A stretch of DNA of 64,000 nt from Octopus vulgaris (lineage: Eukaryota), in contig OX597820.1 of the NCBI GenBank assembly GCA_951406725.2, forward strand, positions 4,464,001 to 4,528,000, written 5' to 3'. How positions within the stretch are numbered: position 1 is the first letter of the stretch; each line of letters starts with the position of its first letter. A model generated the notes under the pieces. It was given only the letters and a program-made list of their open reading frames with translations, made no database searches and was not told the origin of the DNA. Shown piece by piece: positions 11,290-23,500 of the stretch. The translations under genes and the position numbers were made by a program.

Positions 11290-11935
11290 GATGGTTGAGC
11301 ATATCTAGGTCGTCCCTTGAGTAGCTTTTGACATGGTTGAGGAATGGTTTTTAAGAGGGTGTCTAAAAAGTTACTGAGATGATGAGTTTCGCATGCAGGG
11401 CCTGCTATCATGGGTCTTAATTTGAGGTCATTAGGAGTGGGTAACTTGACTATTATGTCTGTGGCTTCCCTGTATGCGTTACTTATTTTTTTCACTTTTG
11501 TGTATCTTAGGGATACCGAAGAATTGACAGGATTTACTACTGAAGTTAGTCATATAGTTGTATACATTAAGTCAGCGAGCTGGCAGAATTGTTAGCCCGC
11601 TGGGGGAAATGCTTTGCGGTATTTCATTTGTCTTCATGTTCTGAGTTCAAATTCCACTGAGGTCGACTTTGTCTTTCATCATTTTGGGGTCGATAAATTA
11701 AGAACCAGTTGCTTACTGGAGTCGATCTAATCGACTAGACCCCTCCCACAAAATTTTGGGCCTTGCGCCTTGAGTAGAAAAAGAAAAAGAAAAAGAATAT
11801 AGCCGTATTCCTTGTCAGTGATCCCTTTTCTGTATAGGGTAAACATTGTTTTTAGGCTTTTCCTTATTTTCTGCTGACTGTAGTGTTGTACCTTTTCATA
11901 ATATGTTGTGTCTTCTGATATGGATTGTACTACGA
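11290..11935 (-). mobile_element. Penelope-like RT N-terminal remnant, split by a SINE
   Basis: Minus strand: DTTYYEKV ... YMTNFSSKSCQFFGIPKIHKS ... LKLRPMIAGPACETHHLSNFLDTLLK (PKIHK and RP motifs), with frameshifts. Confidence 0.75.
11575..11795 (+). mobile_element. SINE with family B head and a different 3' tail
   Basis: GCGAGCTGGCAGAATTGTTAGC head. Tail CCCTCCCACAAAATTTTGGGCCTTGCGCC plus A-rich end. Confidence 0.8.
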
Positions 11936-12131
11936 GCGAAATGCTTAGCGGTATTTCGTCTGCGTTACGTTGTGAGTTCAAATTCCGCGGAAGTCAACTT
12001 TGCCTTTCATCCTTTCAGGGTCGATAAATTAAGTACCAGTTACGCACTGGGGTGGATGTAATCGACTTAATACCTATGTCTGTCCTTGTTTGTCCCCTCT
12101 GGGTTTAGCCCCTTGTGGGTAATAAAGAAAT
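11936..12131 (+). mobile_element. SINE family B, 5'-clipped
   Basis: Reverse complement of 1983-2180. Confidence 0.85.
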
Positions 12132-12145
12132 AGGTTATATATTAT

Positions 12146-13560
12146 TGGCACATAAAAGGCATCATTCGAGTGTGATTGTTACCAGTGTCACCTTACTGGC
12201 ACTTGTGCCTGTGCTAGTAGGGTGCCAAGAGCACCATCTTCTGAGCATGATTGTTGCCAGAGTGGCTAACTGGCTTCCATTTGGTGGCACGTAAAAGGCA
12301 TCATTCGAGCATGAAAATTACCAGTGTCGCCTTACTGGCACCTGTGCCAGTGGCATGTGTAAAAAGATTCGAGTGAGGTCGTTGCCAGTACTGCCTGACT
12401 GGCCCCATGCCAGTGGCACATAAAAAGCACGCACTACACCCTCGGAGTGGTTGGCATTAGGAAGGGCATCCAGCTGTAGAAACTCTGCCAGATCAAGATT
12501 GGAGCCTGGTGCAGCCATCTGGTTCGCCAGCCCTCAGTCAAAATCGTCCAACCCATGTGTAAAAAGATTCGAGTGAGGTCGTTGCCAGTACTGCCTGACT
12601 GGCCCCATGCCAGTGGCACATAAAAAGCATCCACTACACCCTCGGAGTGGTTGGCATTAGGAAGGGCATCCAGCTGTAGAAACTCTGCCAGATCAAGATT
12701 GGAGCCTGGTGCAGCCATCTGGTTCGCCAGCCTCAATGAAAATCGTCCAACCCATGTGTAAAAAGATTCGAGTGAGGTCGTTGCCAGTACTGCCTGACTG
12801 GCCCCATGCCAGTGGCACATAAAAAGCATCCACTACACCCTCGGAGTGGTTGGCATTAGGAAGGGCATCCAGCTGTAGAAACTCTGCCAGATCAAGATTG
12901 GAGCCTGGTGCAGCCATCTGGTTCGCCAGCCATCAATGAAAATCGTCCAACCCATGTGTAAAAAGATTCGAGTGAGGTCGTTGCCAGTACTGCCTGACTG
13001 GCCCCATGCCAGTGGCACATAAAAAGCATCCACTACACCCTCGGAGTGGTTGGCATTAGGAAGGGCATCCAGCTGTAGAAACTCTGCCAGATCAAGATTG
13101 GAGCCTGGTGCAGCCATCTGGTTCGCCAGCCATCATGAAAATCGTCCAACCCATGTGTAAAAAGATTCGAGTGAGGTCGTTGCCAGTACCGCCTGACTGG
13201 CCCCATGCCGGTGGCACATAAAAAGCATCCACTACACCCTCGGAGTGGTTGGCGTTAGGAAGAGCATCCAGCTGTAGAAACTCTGCCAGATCAAGATTGG
13301 AGCCTGGTGCAGCCATCTGGTTCGCCAGCCATCAATGAAAATCGTCCAACCCATGTGTAAAAAGATTCGAGTGAGGTCGTTGCCAGTACTGCCTGACTGG
13401 CCCCATGCCAGTGGCACATAAAAAGCATCCACTACACCCTCGGAGTGGTTGGCGTTAGGAAGGGCATCCAGCTGTAGAAACTCTGCCAGATCAAGATTGG
13501 AGCCTGGTGCAGCCATCTGGAAAGCGGACGTTAGACGATGATGATGATGATGATGATAAT
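12146..13560 (+). mobile_element. RTE LINE 3' UTR containing an internal tandem expansion
   Basis: RTE UTR motifs and terminal (GAT)n at 13538-13560. Confidence 0.8.
12354..13520 (+). repeat. ~200-bp tandem repeat, ~5.8 near-identical copies
   Basis: CATGTGTAAAAAGATTCG starts at 12354, 12554, 12753, 12953, 13152 and 13352. Confidence 0.95.
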
Positions 13561-13829
13561 GATATATATATACACGTAAATAGTAAGGAGATACTACATA
13601 TCAGTCGTGTCTAGTTCGAGGGATGTGTTGAGTTTTAGCAGTATTTGTATGCTTCACTTGTCATTACGACAATGCTGTTGTGACACAGTTTTCTTGATTG
13701 AACGAGATGTAAATCTCACCTGCTATTTGATATAAAGTGTGTACATACATATAGGAAGGCAGTCACCAACATACCTACCTACTTAGCTACACCCTTACAT
13801 GCAGTGCTGCCTTTATCCTTTGTTTCATT

Positions 13830-13853
13830 ATATCTATCTATCTACCTACCTAC

Positions 13854-13889
<36 letters not shown>

Positions 13890-13938
13890 ATATATATATA
13901 TATATCTATCTATCTATCTATATATATATATATATATA

Positions 13939-14037
<99 letters not shown>

Positions 14038-14064
14038 ATGTCTATCTATCTATATATCTATCTT

Positions 14065-14158
<94 letters not shown>
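13830..14158. repeat. Compound (TATC)n/(TA)n microsatellite
   Basis: Directly visible. Confidence 0.95.
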
Positions 14159-14159
<1 letters not shown>

Positions 14160-15150
14160 GACGAGCTCGGGGCGAACCTGGACGTCGACAAGGAATACCT
14201 GACTCGCCTGTTCAGGACAACTTTCGGGCCAGGGCCCATGGACAACTTCCAGAGATCCCTGGCCTGGCAGTGCTACCGAGAAGCGCTACCCATTCGGGAT
14301 AAGCTCTACAGACACTGCTCAAGAAACACGGGCCCGACCTGCCCGAGATGCGGTCAGAGCGACGAAACCGTTCTGCACGCACTTGTGCAGTGTCCAACAA
14401 TTTCCGACCTGTGGGCTTATGTCGAACAACTGCTGTCACGTGTGGGACGAGTTGGTTTATCAGCTGAGTCTATCGTCAATATTGTCACGCCTCCTTCCTT
14501 CAAACGGGAAGGAAGAGCTATTTTCATCATCCTTGTGGCTATGGCGAAAGAATGTATCTGGTGGACGCGTCTGAAAGGATTGGAGACAAACACTTTCCTC
14601 TCTGGTCAACCTCTCATCAACTTCTTCAAATACCACTTGAAGAGGAAAGTGAGAGTAGAGAGGCAAGTTTTGTCTAGCGAACATTTTAAAAAAAGATGGA
14701 TGAATGTAGCAAAGATGGCATGTATGAATGACGAAGCCACCTTGAGCATGATCCTATGAACCCAGAAATTGAAAACAGAGGGTTACCCACTTGCAAACAA
14801 ATGTGGTAACATATAACAATATTGACCAAGGTTACCGTGGTCTTTTTCGTAGGCTTTTCTTCCCACGGATAAACCTTACTTGCTTTCCCCTTTACACCAT
14901 ACATCATGACACTGTGATACACAATCCCTATTGATCATTTTTTTTCCTCTTTTTTCTTCTTTTTTCATTTTTCTTTTCTTTTGTTCCTTTCCCTTTTTCT
15001 TTTTTTCTTTTCCTTTTTTTTCTCCCCTTTTACGATCCCTTTTGATCGAAAACCTACGCCACCTTTTTTTTTTTTTTCATCCCCCAAAAGAAAAGCTCTA
15101 CCTTGTAACTTGTCCCATCTGTGTGCAGCCCTGTGTGGCCAATAAAGAAA
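14159..15150 (+). mobile_element. Tx1/L1-clade LINE 3' end (CCHC zinc finger, T-rich 3' UTR, AATAAA)
   Basis: [12 protein letters not shown] ... [18 protein letters not shown] (zf-RVT) ... IWWTR. Stop at 14759. Confidence 0.85.
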
Positions 15151-15199
15151 CTTATCTATCTCTCTCTATATATATATGTTTGTCTATCTATCTATCTAT

Positions 15200-16020
15200 C
15201 TTGGAAGTGGTCTAACGATTGGGACCTGTGTCTGAACGTGTCAAAGTGCTGTCATCTGCCTGTCGGCTCTACTCCTGCAACTCAACTTGATTTCGAGCCG
15301 GGTCGTCTGCTGCTGGAGAGGACCGATCAGGTAAAGGACCTGGGTATCTTGGTGGATTCCTCCTTTTCGCCTTCGGCCCAGTGCGTCCATGCTGCCAACA
15401 AAGCGCGCGGAATTCTGTTTTTGATTCGACGGTCATTCGGAATGCTCACAGCAGCCATATTCCTGCCACTCTATGTCACGCTGGTGAGACCCATATTGGA
15501 GTATGGGATTCAAGCCTCTTCTCCTTATCTCCTCAAAGACATACAGCACCTCGAAAGAGTCCAGAGGCTGGCTACCCGCATGGTTCATGGTCTCAAAAAT
15601 TTGTCCTACGAAGAAAGGCTGAGGACGCTCGACCTTTGTTCTCTTGAAAAACGCCGCCGCCGTGGTGATCTCATTCTCGCCCACAACATCATAAGCGGGA
15701 AGTGTAACCTCTCGAAAGAGCTGTTCTTCACTCCTGCTCCGGAGCGTCGGCTGCGGGGTCATTCCGAAAAGCTCTACCTGCGACGATTTCATCTCAATCG
15801 AAGGAGAGGAGCTTTCTCCGTCCGGGTTGCGGATCCGTGGAACAAGCTGCCAGACGAGATGGTGAAGATGCCGACGACCGCTTTGTTCAAAGCCTCCCTG
15901 GACCTCAAGTGGCCTGAACTCTTTACATGAACACCACCCTGTACTTAACTCCATGTCCCCCTACATGGCCTTGCTATTTGCTTTTGAGCCAACTTAACTA
16001 ACTAACTAACTAACTAACTA
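15200..16020 (+). mobile_element. CR1-group LINE 3' end, 5'-truncated, open frame, (TAAC)n tail
   Basis: WSNDWDLCLNVSKC, VKDLGILVD, LVRPILEY, LERVQRLATRMV, SYEERL, RRRRGDLI. Confidence 0.9.
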
Positions 16021-16250
<230 letters not shown>

Positions 16251-16259
16251 TAAAATGTA

Positions 16260-16458
16260 GGGGCAGGTGTGGCTGTGTGGTAAGAAGCTTGCTTCCCAAC
16301 TACATGGCTCCTGGTTCAGTTCCACAGTGTGGCACCATGCTCAAGTGTTTTCTAATATTGCCTCAGGCCAACCAAAGCCTTGTGGGTGGAATTGGTAGGC
16401 AGAAACTGAAAGAAGCCCGTTATATACATATATATATATGTGTGTGTGTGTGTGTGTA
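16260..16458 (+). mobile_element. SINE family A 5' half
   Basis: Head plus CORE-like segment, ending in the TA/TG tract where the mariner inserted. Confidence 0.75.
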
Positions 16459-16466
16459 CATATATA

Positions 16467-17374
16467 TTGGGTCATCCCATAAAAAATGTCGATTTTTATA
16501 CTTCTTTTATTTTTCAAAATTAAGATAAAGTTCTTTTTTAATCTTAAATATACTCTCCTTCATTTTCTACAATGCTCTTCCATCTATCTGGTAGATTTGC
16601 AAACCCCCTCTTCCAAAATTTACTTGTCTGTGATGGAAAATACTCCTCCAGTATTGTTCTCACCTTGTCTACTGAATTCATATTTTTTACATCCAAATGG
16701 TTTTGAAGACTGCGGAATAAATGATAATTAGATGGCGCAATGTCCAGCGAATATGATGGGTGGAACATCGTTTCTCATTTAAACTGCTGCAGCCTTTGGA
16801 ATTCCATCCTCGCTGTATGTGTCTGAGCATTATCCTGATGGAAGAACACTTTTCATCTCGAAACCAAAGATGGTCATTTTTCTTCTAGCACAGGTGTTGA
16901 TGAATAGTTGAATGACCATATCCAAGCTTCTTAGCTAGTTCCTCAAGTTATGATGGGATTTTGTTCCACCAGGGTTTGCAGGTCGTTCTTATCAAACTCT
17001 ACAGATCTTCCAGGACAAGGCTTGTCTTCTAGGCTGTAGTTTCCAGCTCAGAACCACCATTGACACTGGCTTACGCTTATTGTGCAATCCCAATATACTG
17101 CATTAATATTCCTCGTACTTTCCGTTGCATTGTTGCCTTTATTGAACTCATAAAGCAAAATATGCTGAATATGCACCTTTGTCACTTCCATCATAGCTTT
17201 GAAAAAATACCTGTTAAAGTTGAACTGCACCCTTCAAAACTTGCACTAAGAATAAATACAAGGTAAAATTACTACCTGTTTCTATAGCAAGTTCAAGCAG
17301 GTTGTTTATCCCATCCTCCTCCGACTTTTAGTTCATGCAATTGAAGAAACGCATTATTTATAGGATGACCCCAA
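16467..17374 (-). mobile_element. Mariner (DD34D) element, internally deleted, with TIRs and TA TSD
   Basis: TA|TTGGGTCATCCCATAAA ... TTTATAGGATGACCCCAA|TA. HIQHILLYEFNKGNNATES (HTH), FHQDNA, HPSYSLDIAPSNYHLFRSLQN. Confidence 0.9.
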
Positions 17375-17553
17375 TATATATATATATTTATAAAAGTTTC
17401 TAATGTAAATATGTGAATGAAAATGAAGTTTAGTGGGTAGCTAAAAGCTTACTGAACCTTTTGATATCCTATACAACAAAACTGGTGACTCAGGTTTGGA
17501 ATGCATAAAGAACATAGGCACCCCCACACACACCCACACACACTAACTAGATG

Positions 17554-17913
17554 TACTCTTTTTACTCTTTATTCTTTTCCTTGTTTCAGTCATTTGACTG
17601 CGGCCATGCTGGAGCACCGCCTTTAGTCGAACAAATCGACCCCAGGACTTATTCTTTGTAAGCCTAGTACTTATTCTATCATTCTCTTTTGGTGAACTGC
17701 TAAGTTACGCGAACGTAAACACACCAGCATCGGTTGTCAAGCGATGCTGGGAGAACAAACACAGACACACAAACACACACAAACACACACACACACATAA
17801 ACATATATACATATATATATATGATGGGCTTCTTTCAGTTTCTGTCTACCAAATCCACTCACGAGGCTTCGGTCAGCCCGAGGCTATAGTAGAAGACACT
17901 TGCCCAAGGTGCC
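17554..17913 (-). mobile_element. SINE family A, head missing
   Basis: Homologous to 1251-1600. Confidence 0.85.
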
Positions 17914-18315
17914 AGTCAAATAACTGAAACAAGTAGAAGAATAAAAGAATATATATACACACACACATACACACATACATATATAAATGCGTGCGTGTGT
18001 GTGTATACACAAGTATATGTTTATATACATGTGTGAGTGTGTGAATGTGTGTATAAAAATATATTTATGTTTCAGGAACGATTTTTTTAAAAATTAAGAA
18101 TTATTAATTATATTAAAAAAATTAGAAAAACACAATGGCTCTTACCTGTTTTGAAGGAAGTTTCTGTACTGACTGCCCGTGTGGTTTCACTAGCAAGTTT
18201 TTATGTCATCGTACGACTGCGTTCAACCAAACTATTGAATGTCATACATTGCTGATCACAAAAGGCTATCAATTTTTTGGGTTAAGTGATTCTTTTTTCT
18301 AAATTGGGAGCGGCC

Positions 18316-18360
<45 letters not shown>

Positions 18361-18363
<3 letters not shown>

Positions 18364-21300
18364 TCCAGCTCAGAGCTGCAGCCATGCTGATGCACTGCTG
18401 TTTTGTGCTACACTGTTATTACGAAGAACCTCCTCTAATATGTGGTACTTGGTGAAGAATGGAGTTTGATATAGCTACTCTCATTTGCACCTCTTGCCGT
18501 GAGGTAGGTTCATCTGGGACTCTCGACAGGAAGATGTCCAGCTTTGATTTAAAAACCGCTACATCTACTTTGGGCAAGTTCCTCAGACTCTTTGGGAGAA
18601 TATTAAAAAGCTGTGGGCCCTTGAAACCCAGGCTGTTGCAGTAGCTGGTCCTGAAGCGTGATGGCATTGCTGGGATCTTTGGCACTATGCAGTATCGTCC
18701 TGTTCTAGCATTGGTGTAGCTTACAATGCCAAAATTTGGCACAATTCCTTCCAGGATCTTCCAGATATATATTACTGCATACCTCTCCCGTCTTCTCTCC
18801 AGGGAGTAGAGTCTTAGCTGTTTCAACCTTTCCCAGTAGCTGAGCTGTTGCAAAGAGACGATCTTCTTTGTGAATCTTCTCTGGATTGCTTCAAGGTCCG
18901 CTGTTAATTTCACACTAGTGGGTGACCATATCTGTGAGCAGTAATCCAGGCGACTGAGGACGAATGTCCGCCAGAGAACCATCATAGTTTCCTTATCTCT
19001 GGTTCTGAATGTTCTTAGTATCCACCCAGCCAGTCGTCTGCACTTTGTCGCCATCCTGGTAATGTGCACTTGGAAAGAGGTATCATCACTCATGTCAATA
19101 CCCAGGTCCCTCACAGACTTAGGCTCTGGGATTGAAATTCCTTGTGGACCAGTGTACCCTGTAAGTTTAATATTCAGTTTTGGATGCTGGTAGTGCAGGG
19201 CCTGGAATTTTTCAGCATTAAACTGCATATTATTATCCTCAGCCCATCTGTAGATTGAGTCCAACTCCTGCTGCAGGTGTGCAACATCGCTGGGGTTCTG
19301 TATTTTCTGCGAGACTTTCGTATCGTTTGCATAGCTTGCCAGAATGGCTATCCGGGCATTTGAGGGCATATCTGAGAGGGCCACTATAAAAAGCAGTGGT
19401 CCCAAGACAGTGCCCTGTTTGTGTGTTCATAGAGGTGGCTTCATTAACCACTACTGCCTGACTCCTATCTTTCAGGAAGTCATGTTTTCCAGCTATGCCG
19501 AGGTCACACAGTTTGTGGCATATCATACCATGATCCAACTTGTCAAAAGCTTTTGTAAAATCAAGGTAGATTACGTCCACATTTGATTTGTTGAGTAACT
19601 GCCTCATCACCTAGTCATAATGTTGTAAGAGCTGGGTCAGGCAGCTCCTACCTGGTCGAAAACCATGCTGGGTATCACTCAGCAAATCTTTTTTTTCAAG
19701 GAATGTGATTAGTTTCCCTCTGACTATCCTTTCCATGACTTTGCTGATGTGTGAAGTCAGAGAGATAGGCCTATAGTTTTTGGCATCTGCTCTACTTCCC
19801 CCTTTATGTATTGGGCATATTATTCCCTCCTTCAGCTTGCTTGGCAGTTTGCCATTTGTAAGAAAGATCTGGAAGAGAATCTTGAGGGGTTTTGCCAGGG
19901 CATGCTGACACGCTTTCAGGAGGATTGCTGGGAAACCGTCTGGACCAGCAGCTGAGTTTGTGTCCACTTCATCTATGGCTAGTAGGACATCTTCTTCGCT
20001 ATTGTCAATGTATTCTATTATAACTGCCTCGCTGGTTATAGGTGAGGCGGCAAAGAAGTCCACTGGTTCGTTCACTTGTCTGTGTTCCAATGGGTTGGTA
20101 AAGACACTTTTGAACTGGTCATTCAGTATCTCACTGATCTTAGTTGGACTGGCTGTGAGGGAGCCATCCTTTTGGAGGAGGGGTCCTATCTTGTAGTGCA
20201 CTGAGACTGTTTCTTTCGCGTAATGAAAGAAGGCCTTTGGGTTTGATTTAATGTTTTTTATAACCCAGGCTTCTTTGTCTGCTTTCTCCCTCACATAGGA
20301 TTGTTGGAGCCTTTTTTCAATCTCCATCAGTGTTGTTTTTAGGCAGGATGTTTCGCTACTTTTGGGATGTTGGTTGAGTCGATTTGCAACCTTCGTCCGT
20401 CGTCTCATGAGGATCTTCCTGTCCCTTGGAATCTTGCTTTGGCTTTGTGCTCTGGGACATATTTCTGGCATATGGCTTGCACAGAAGACATGAAACATTC
20501 TAGTTTCATGTCAATGTCTGGTGTGGAGATACATTCCGGCCAGTCTTCTCTGAGGATCTCTTTTTGGATCGATTTCCAATCTGCTTTGTGGAAGTTCAGA
20601 TTGAAGAGATTTCGGGTGCTTCCTTTAGGCTGTATGTCTCTGGTTGATTTCGGCCCAAACATAGACAGCTCTATTATGTTGTGATCCGAGATTAATGTCG
20701 GTGTCACTTTCACATCATGAATGATATCCATATTGTTCATGAAGCAGAAATCCAGAATGTTATTCGCCCTAGTTGGCTTAAGTACAACTTGCTCCATGAA
20801 TAAGGCATTAGTGAGGTTGAGCAGATGCTCCACCTGTACTTGCTTGCAATGATTCATTCCTGAGAATATGAGACCTTCGGGCCATTTGGCATTGGGGAAG
20901 TTGAAATCACCCATAAGAAATATGGGTACATGGTGTTCCAGATTCATGAGGATTTCTTTAATTCTTGTGAAGCAATCTTCAAACTTGCCTATGTGATTTG
21001 GGGCATCCGGTGGGGAATATGTATTGCATATGACTATATTATGTTGTCTTATGTATACAATTAAAGTGTCACATACCGAATTTGAGTATGTCAGTAAGAC
21101 CTGGGGTGTGAGGTCATCCCGGATGTATACAGCAACTCCAGCATGGCTCCTTTCCCTTCTGTCTGTTCGCAGTATGGCATAGTTTGATATGTGTACTTCT
21201 GCGTCCTCTATATCAGGGTTGAGGTGAGTTTCCACAAGTGCTATGCATAGGGCTTGATTGCATGCAGTAAGATCTCTCAGGAAAGAAATTTTATTTCTAT

Positions 21301-21420
21301 TTTGATGCAACAGGCCCCCAATATTTAGTAAAAGTATTGGGGTGACGGCTGTGCAGGCGTTAGGAGAGGCCATCCCATGTCTGTTGACTGTGGTGGTGGT
21401 CGTCTTGCATAGTGGTGGGC
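18361..21420 (-). mobile_element. CR1/Jockey-group LINE, nearly complete ORF2 (APE endonuclease + RT), inactivated by frameshifts, stops and deletions
   Basis: LLNIGGL, ALVETHL, GDFNFP, SDH (APE). GPDG, NYRPISLTS, QHGFRPGRSC, YLDFTKAFD, GPLLF, YANDTK (RT). Confidence 0.92.
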
Positions 21421-21439
21421 AGGGTTCCCTCTTTGTGCT

Positions 21440-21729
21440 TGGTGTAGGCCAGCCTCGCCTGGCCCCCGTGCCAGTGGCATGTAAAAGCACCATCCGTTCA
21501 TGGCCGTTTGCCAGCTCTGTCTGGCACCTGTGCTGGTGGCACGTAAAAAGCACCCATTACACTCACGGAGTGGTTGGCATTAGGAAGGGCATCCAGCCGT
21601 AGAAACACTGCCAGATCTGACTGGGCCTGATGAAGCCTTCCGGCTTCACAGACCCCAGTTGAACCGTCCAACCCATGCTAGCATGGAAAACGGACGCTAA
21701 ATGATGATGATGATGATGATGATGATGAT
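21440..21729 (+). mobile_element. RTE 3' UTR end with (GAT)n
   Basis: Same terminus as 23300-23500. Confidence 0.85.
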
Positions 21730-21736
21730 ATATATA

Positions 21737-22146
21737 TCTTTATATATAAAAGTCAAGTTGTGTGTCTGTCTCCTACGATTTAGATTCCTAACTACTCCCA
21801 TATTTTGTGGTGCAGTTTAACCAAAAGCGGTTATCTTATAGTCGTGATTCATATCGAGCCCTTCTGGGTATTAGCGCGTGTCTACGATGAGTCTACGATT
21901 TAAAAAAAAAATTACCATCATTTTTTTCCATTTTTAATGCATTTTTTCGCTATTATATAAGGGAAGTAACTCTCTAAAAATGTCTAGGATGAGTCAACGA
22001 TTTAAAAAAAAATTTACCATCATTTTTTCCCATTTTTAATTCCTTTTTTTTTGCATTTTTTTGCTATTTTTTGGCTACAACTCTCTAAAAATGCTTATAT
22101 AGTTATTTCCCTTACAAACCCGAGCAACGCCGGGCGATACTGCTAG
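21737..22146 (+). mobile_element. Non-autonomous Helitron, copy 2
   Basis: A|TC...hairpin...CTAG|T, homologous to 9634-10033. Confidence 0.85.
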
Positions 22147-22390
22147 TATATATATATATATAATATAATATATAATATATATATATAAATAAACACTTTG
22201 TCTCCTGTTGCTCTGTGATCACATTGTCACTAGATGTGTTGATGTGTTGTAAACTGAGCACCTGTCAGGTAACGTCAATTTGATGAAAAAGGTAAGCTCA
22301 TAATTTTGACTATAAACAAATCATTTGAGTTGAACAACCTGATCTCACCGTCAATGTGAGGATTCCATCAGATATATATGTATATATGTA

Positions 22391-22421
<31 letters not shown>

Positions 22422-22422
<1 letters not shown>

Positions 22423-23500
22423 AGGCCTCTCGCTCAGAGTAAAAGGCAGACTGTATGATGCATGTGTACGAACAGCTATGCTACATGGCAGTGAAACATG
22501 GGCCGTGACTGCTGAGGACATGCGTAAGCTCGTGAGGAACGAAGCCAGTATGCTCCGATGGATGTGTAATGTCAGTGTACTTACTCGACAGAGTGTTAGT
22601 ACCTTGAGAGAAATGTTGTACCTAAGAAGCATCAGTTGTTGTGTGCAAGAGAGACGATTGCGCTGGTATGGTCATGTGGCGAGAATGGATGAAGATAGGT
22701 GTGTGAGAAAGTGCCAATCCCTAGCAGTTGAGGGAACCCGTGGAAGAGGTAGACCCAGGAAAACCTGGGACGAGGTGGTGAAGCATGACCTTCGGACGTT
22801 AGGTCTCACCATGGAAATGACTAGAGACCGAGACCTATGGAAGTATGCTGTGCGTGAGAAGACCCGGCAAGACTAGTGAAGCCATAATCCGTGACCCCTA
22901 CCTGGGACGTAGTCAGTCCACCTGTGCATACCTTCCTTCTTGTGACACTTGTGAAGACCTGTTGAGGCAAGTGTGAATCGAATCGTATCGAATCAAATCG
23001 AACCAAATCAAAATAGATGAACATCAATGGAATTTGTATCCTTGTGGTACCAGTGCCGGTGGCACATAAGAAAACCATCCGAACGTGACCGTAGCCAGTA
23101 CCGCAATGACTGGCCTCCGTGCTGAGGGCACGTAACAAACACCATCCGAGCGTGGCCGTCCGCCAGCCTCATCTGGCACCTGTGTCGGTGACACATAAGA
23201 AAACACCATCCGAGCGTGGCCATCTGCCAGCCTCGTCTGGCACCTGTGTCAGTGGCACATAAAAAACACCATCCGAGCGTGGCCGTCTGCCAGCCTCGTC
23301 TGGCACCTGTGTCGGTGGCACATAAAATCACCCACTACACTCTCGGAGTGGTTGGCGTTAGGAAGGGCATCCAGCTGTAGAAACACTGCCACATCTGACT
23401 GGCCTGGTGCAGCCTTCGGGCTTCCCAGACCCCAGTTGAACCGTCCAACCCATGCTAGCATGGAAAGCGGACGTTAAACGATGATGATGATGATGATGAT
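22422..23500 (+). mobile_element. RTE LINE 3' ~1.1 kb, including a ~62-bp tandem repeat in the UTR
   Basis: [11 protein letters not shown] ... RRLRWYGHVARM ... RGRGRPRKTW. ACCATCCGAGCGTGGCC units at ~23141, 23206 and 23268. (GAT)n tail. Confidence 0.92.

Noticed and set aside
12318-13516. Repeated MAAPGSNLDLAEF ORFs as a tandem gene family
   Set aside because: They are antisense translations of the 200-bp RTE UTR repeat.
13799-14302. [12 protein letters not shown]-type ORFs here and at 9483, 16068, 23742, 27273-27960 and 63343-63926
   Set aside because: Microsatellite translations lacking stops.
20405-21553. 382-aa ORF as an intact fusion protein
   Set aside because: Its first ~40 aa come from the antisense strand of an adjacent RTE UTR, and the LINE ORF is frameshifted downstream.
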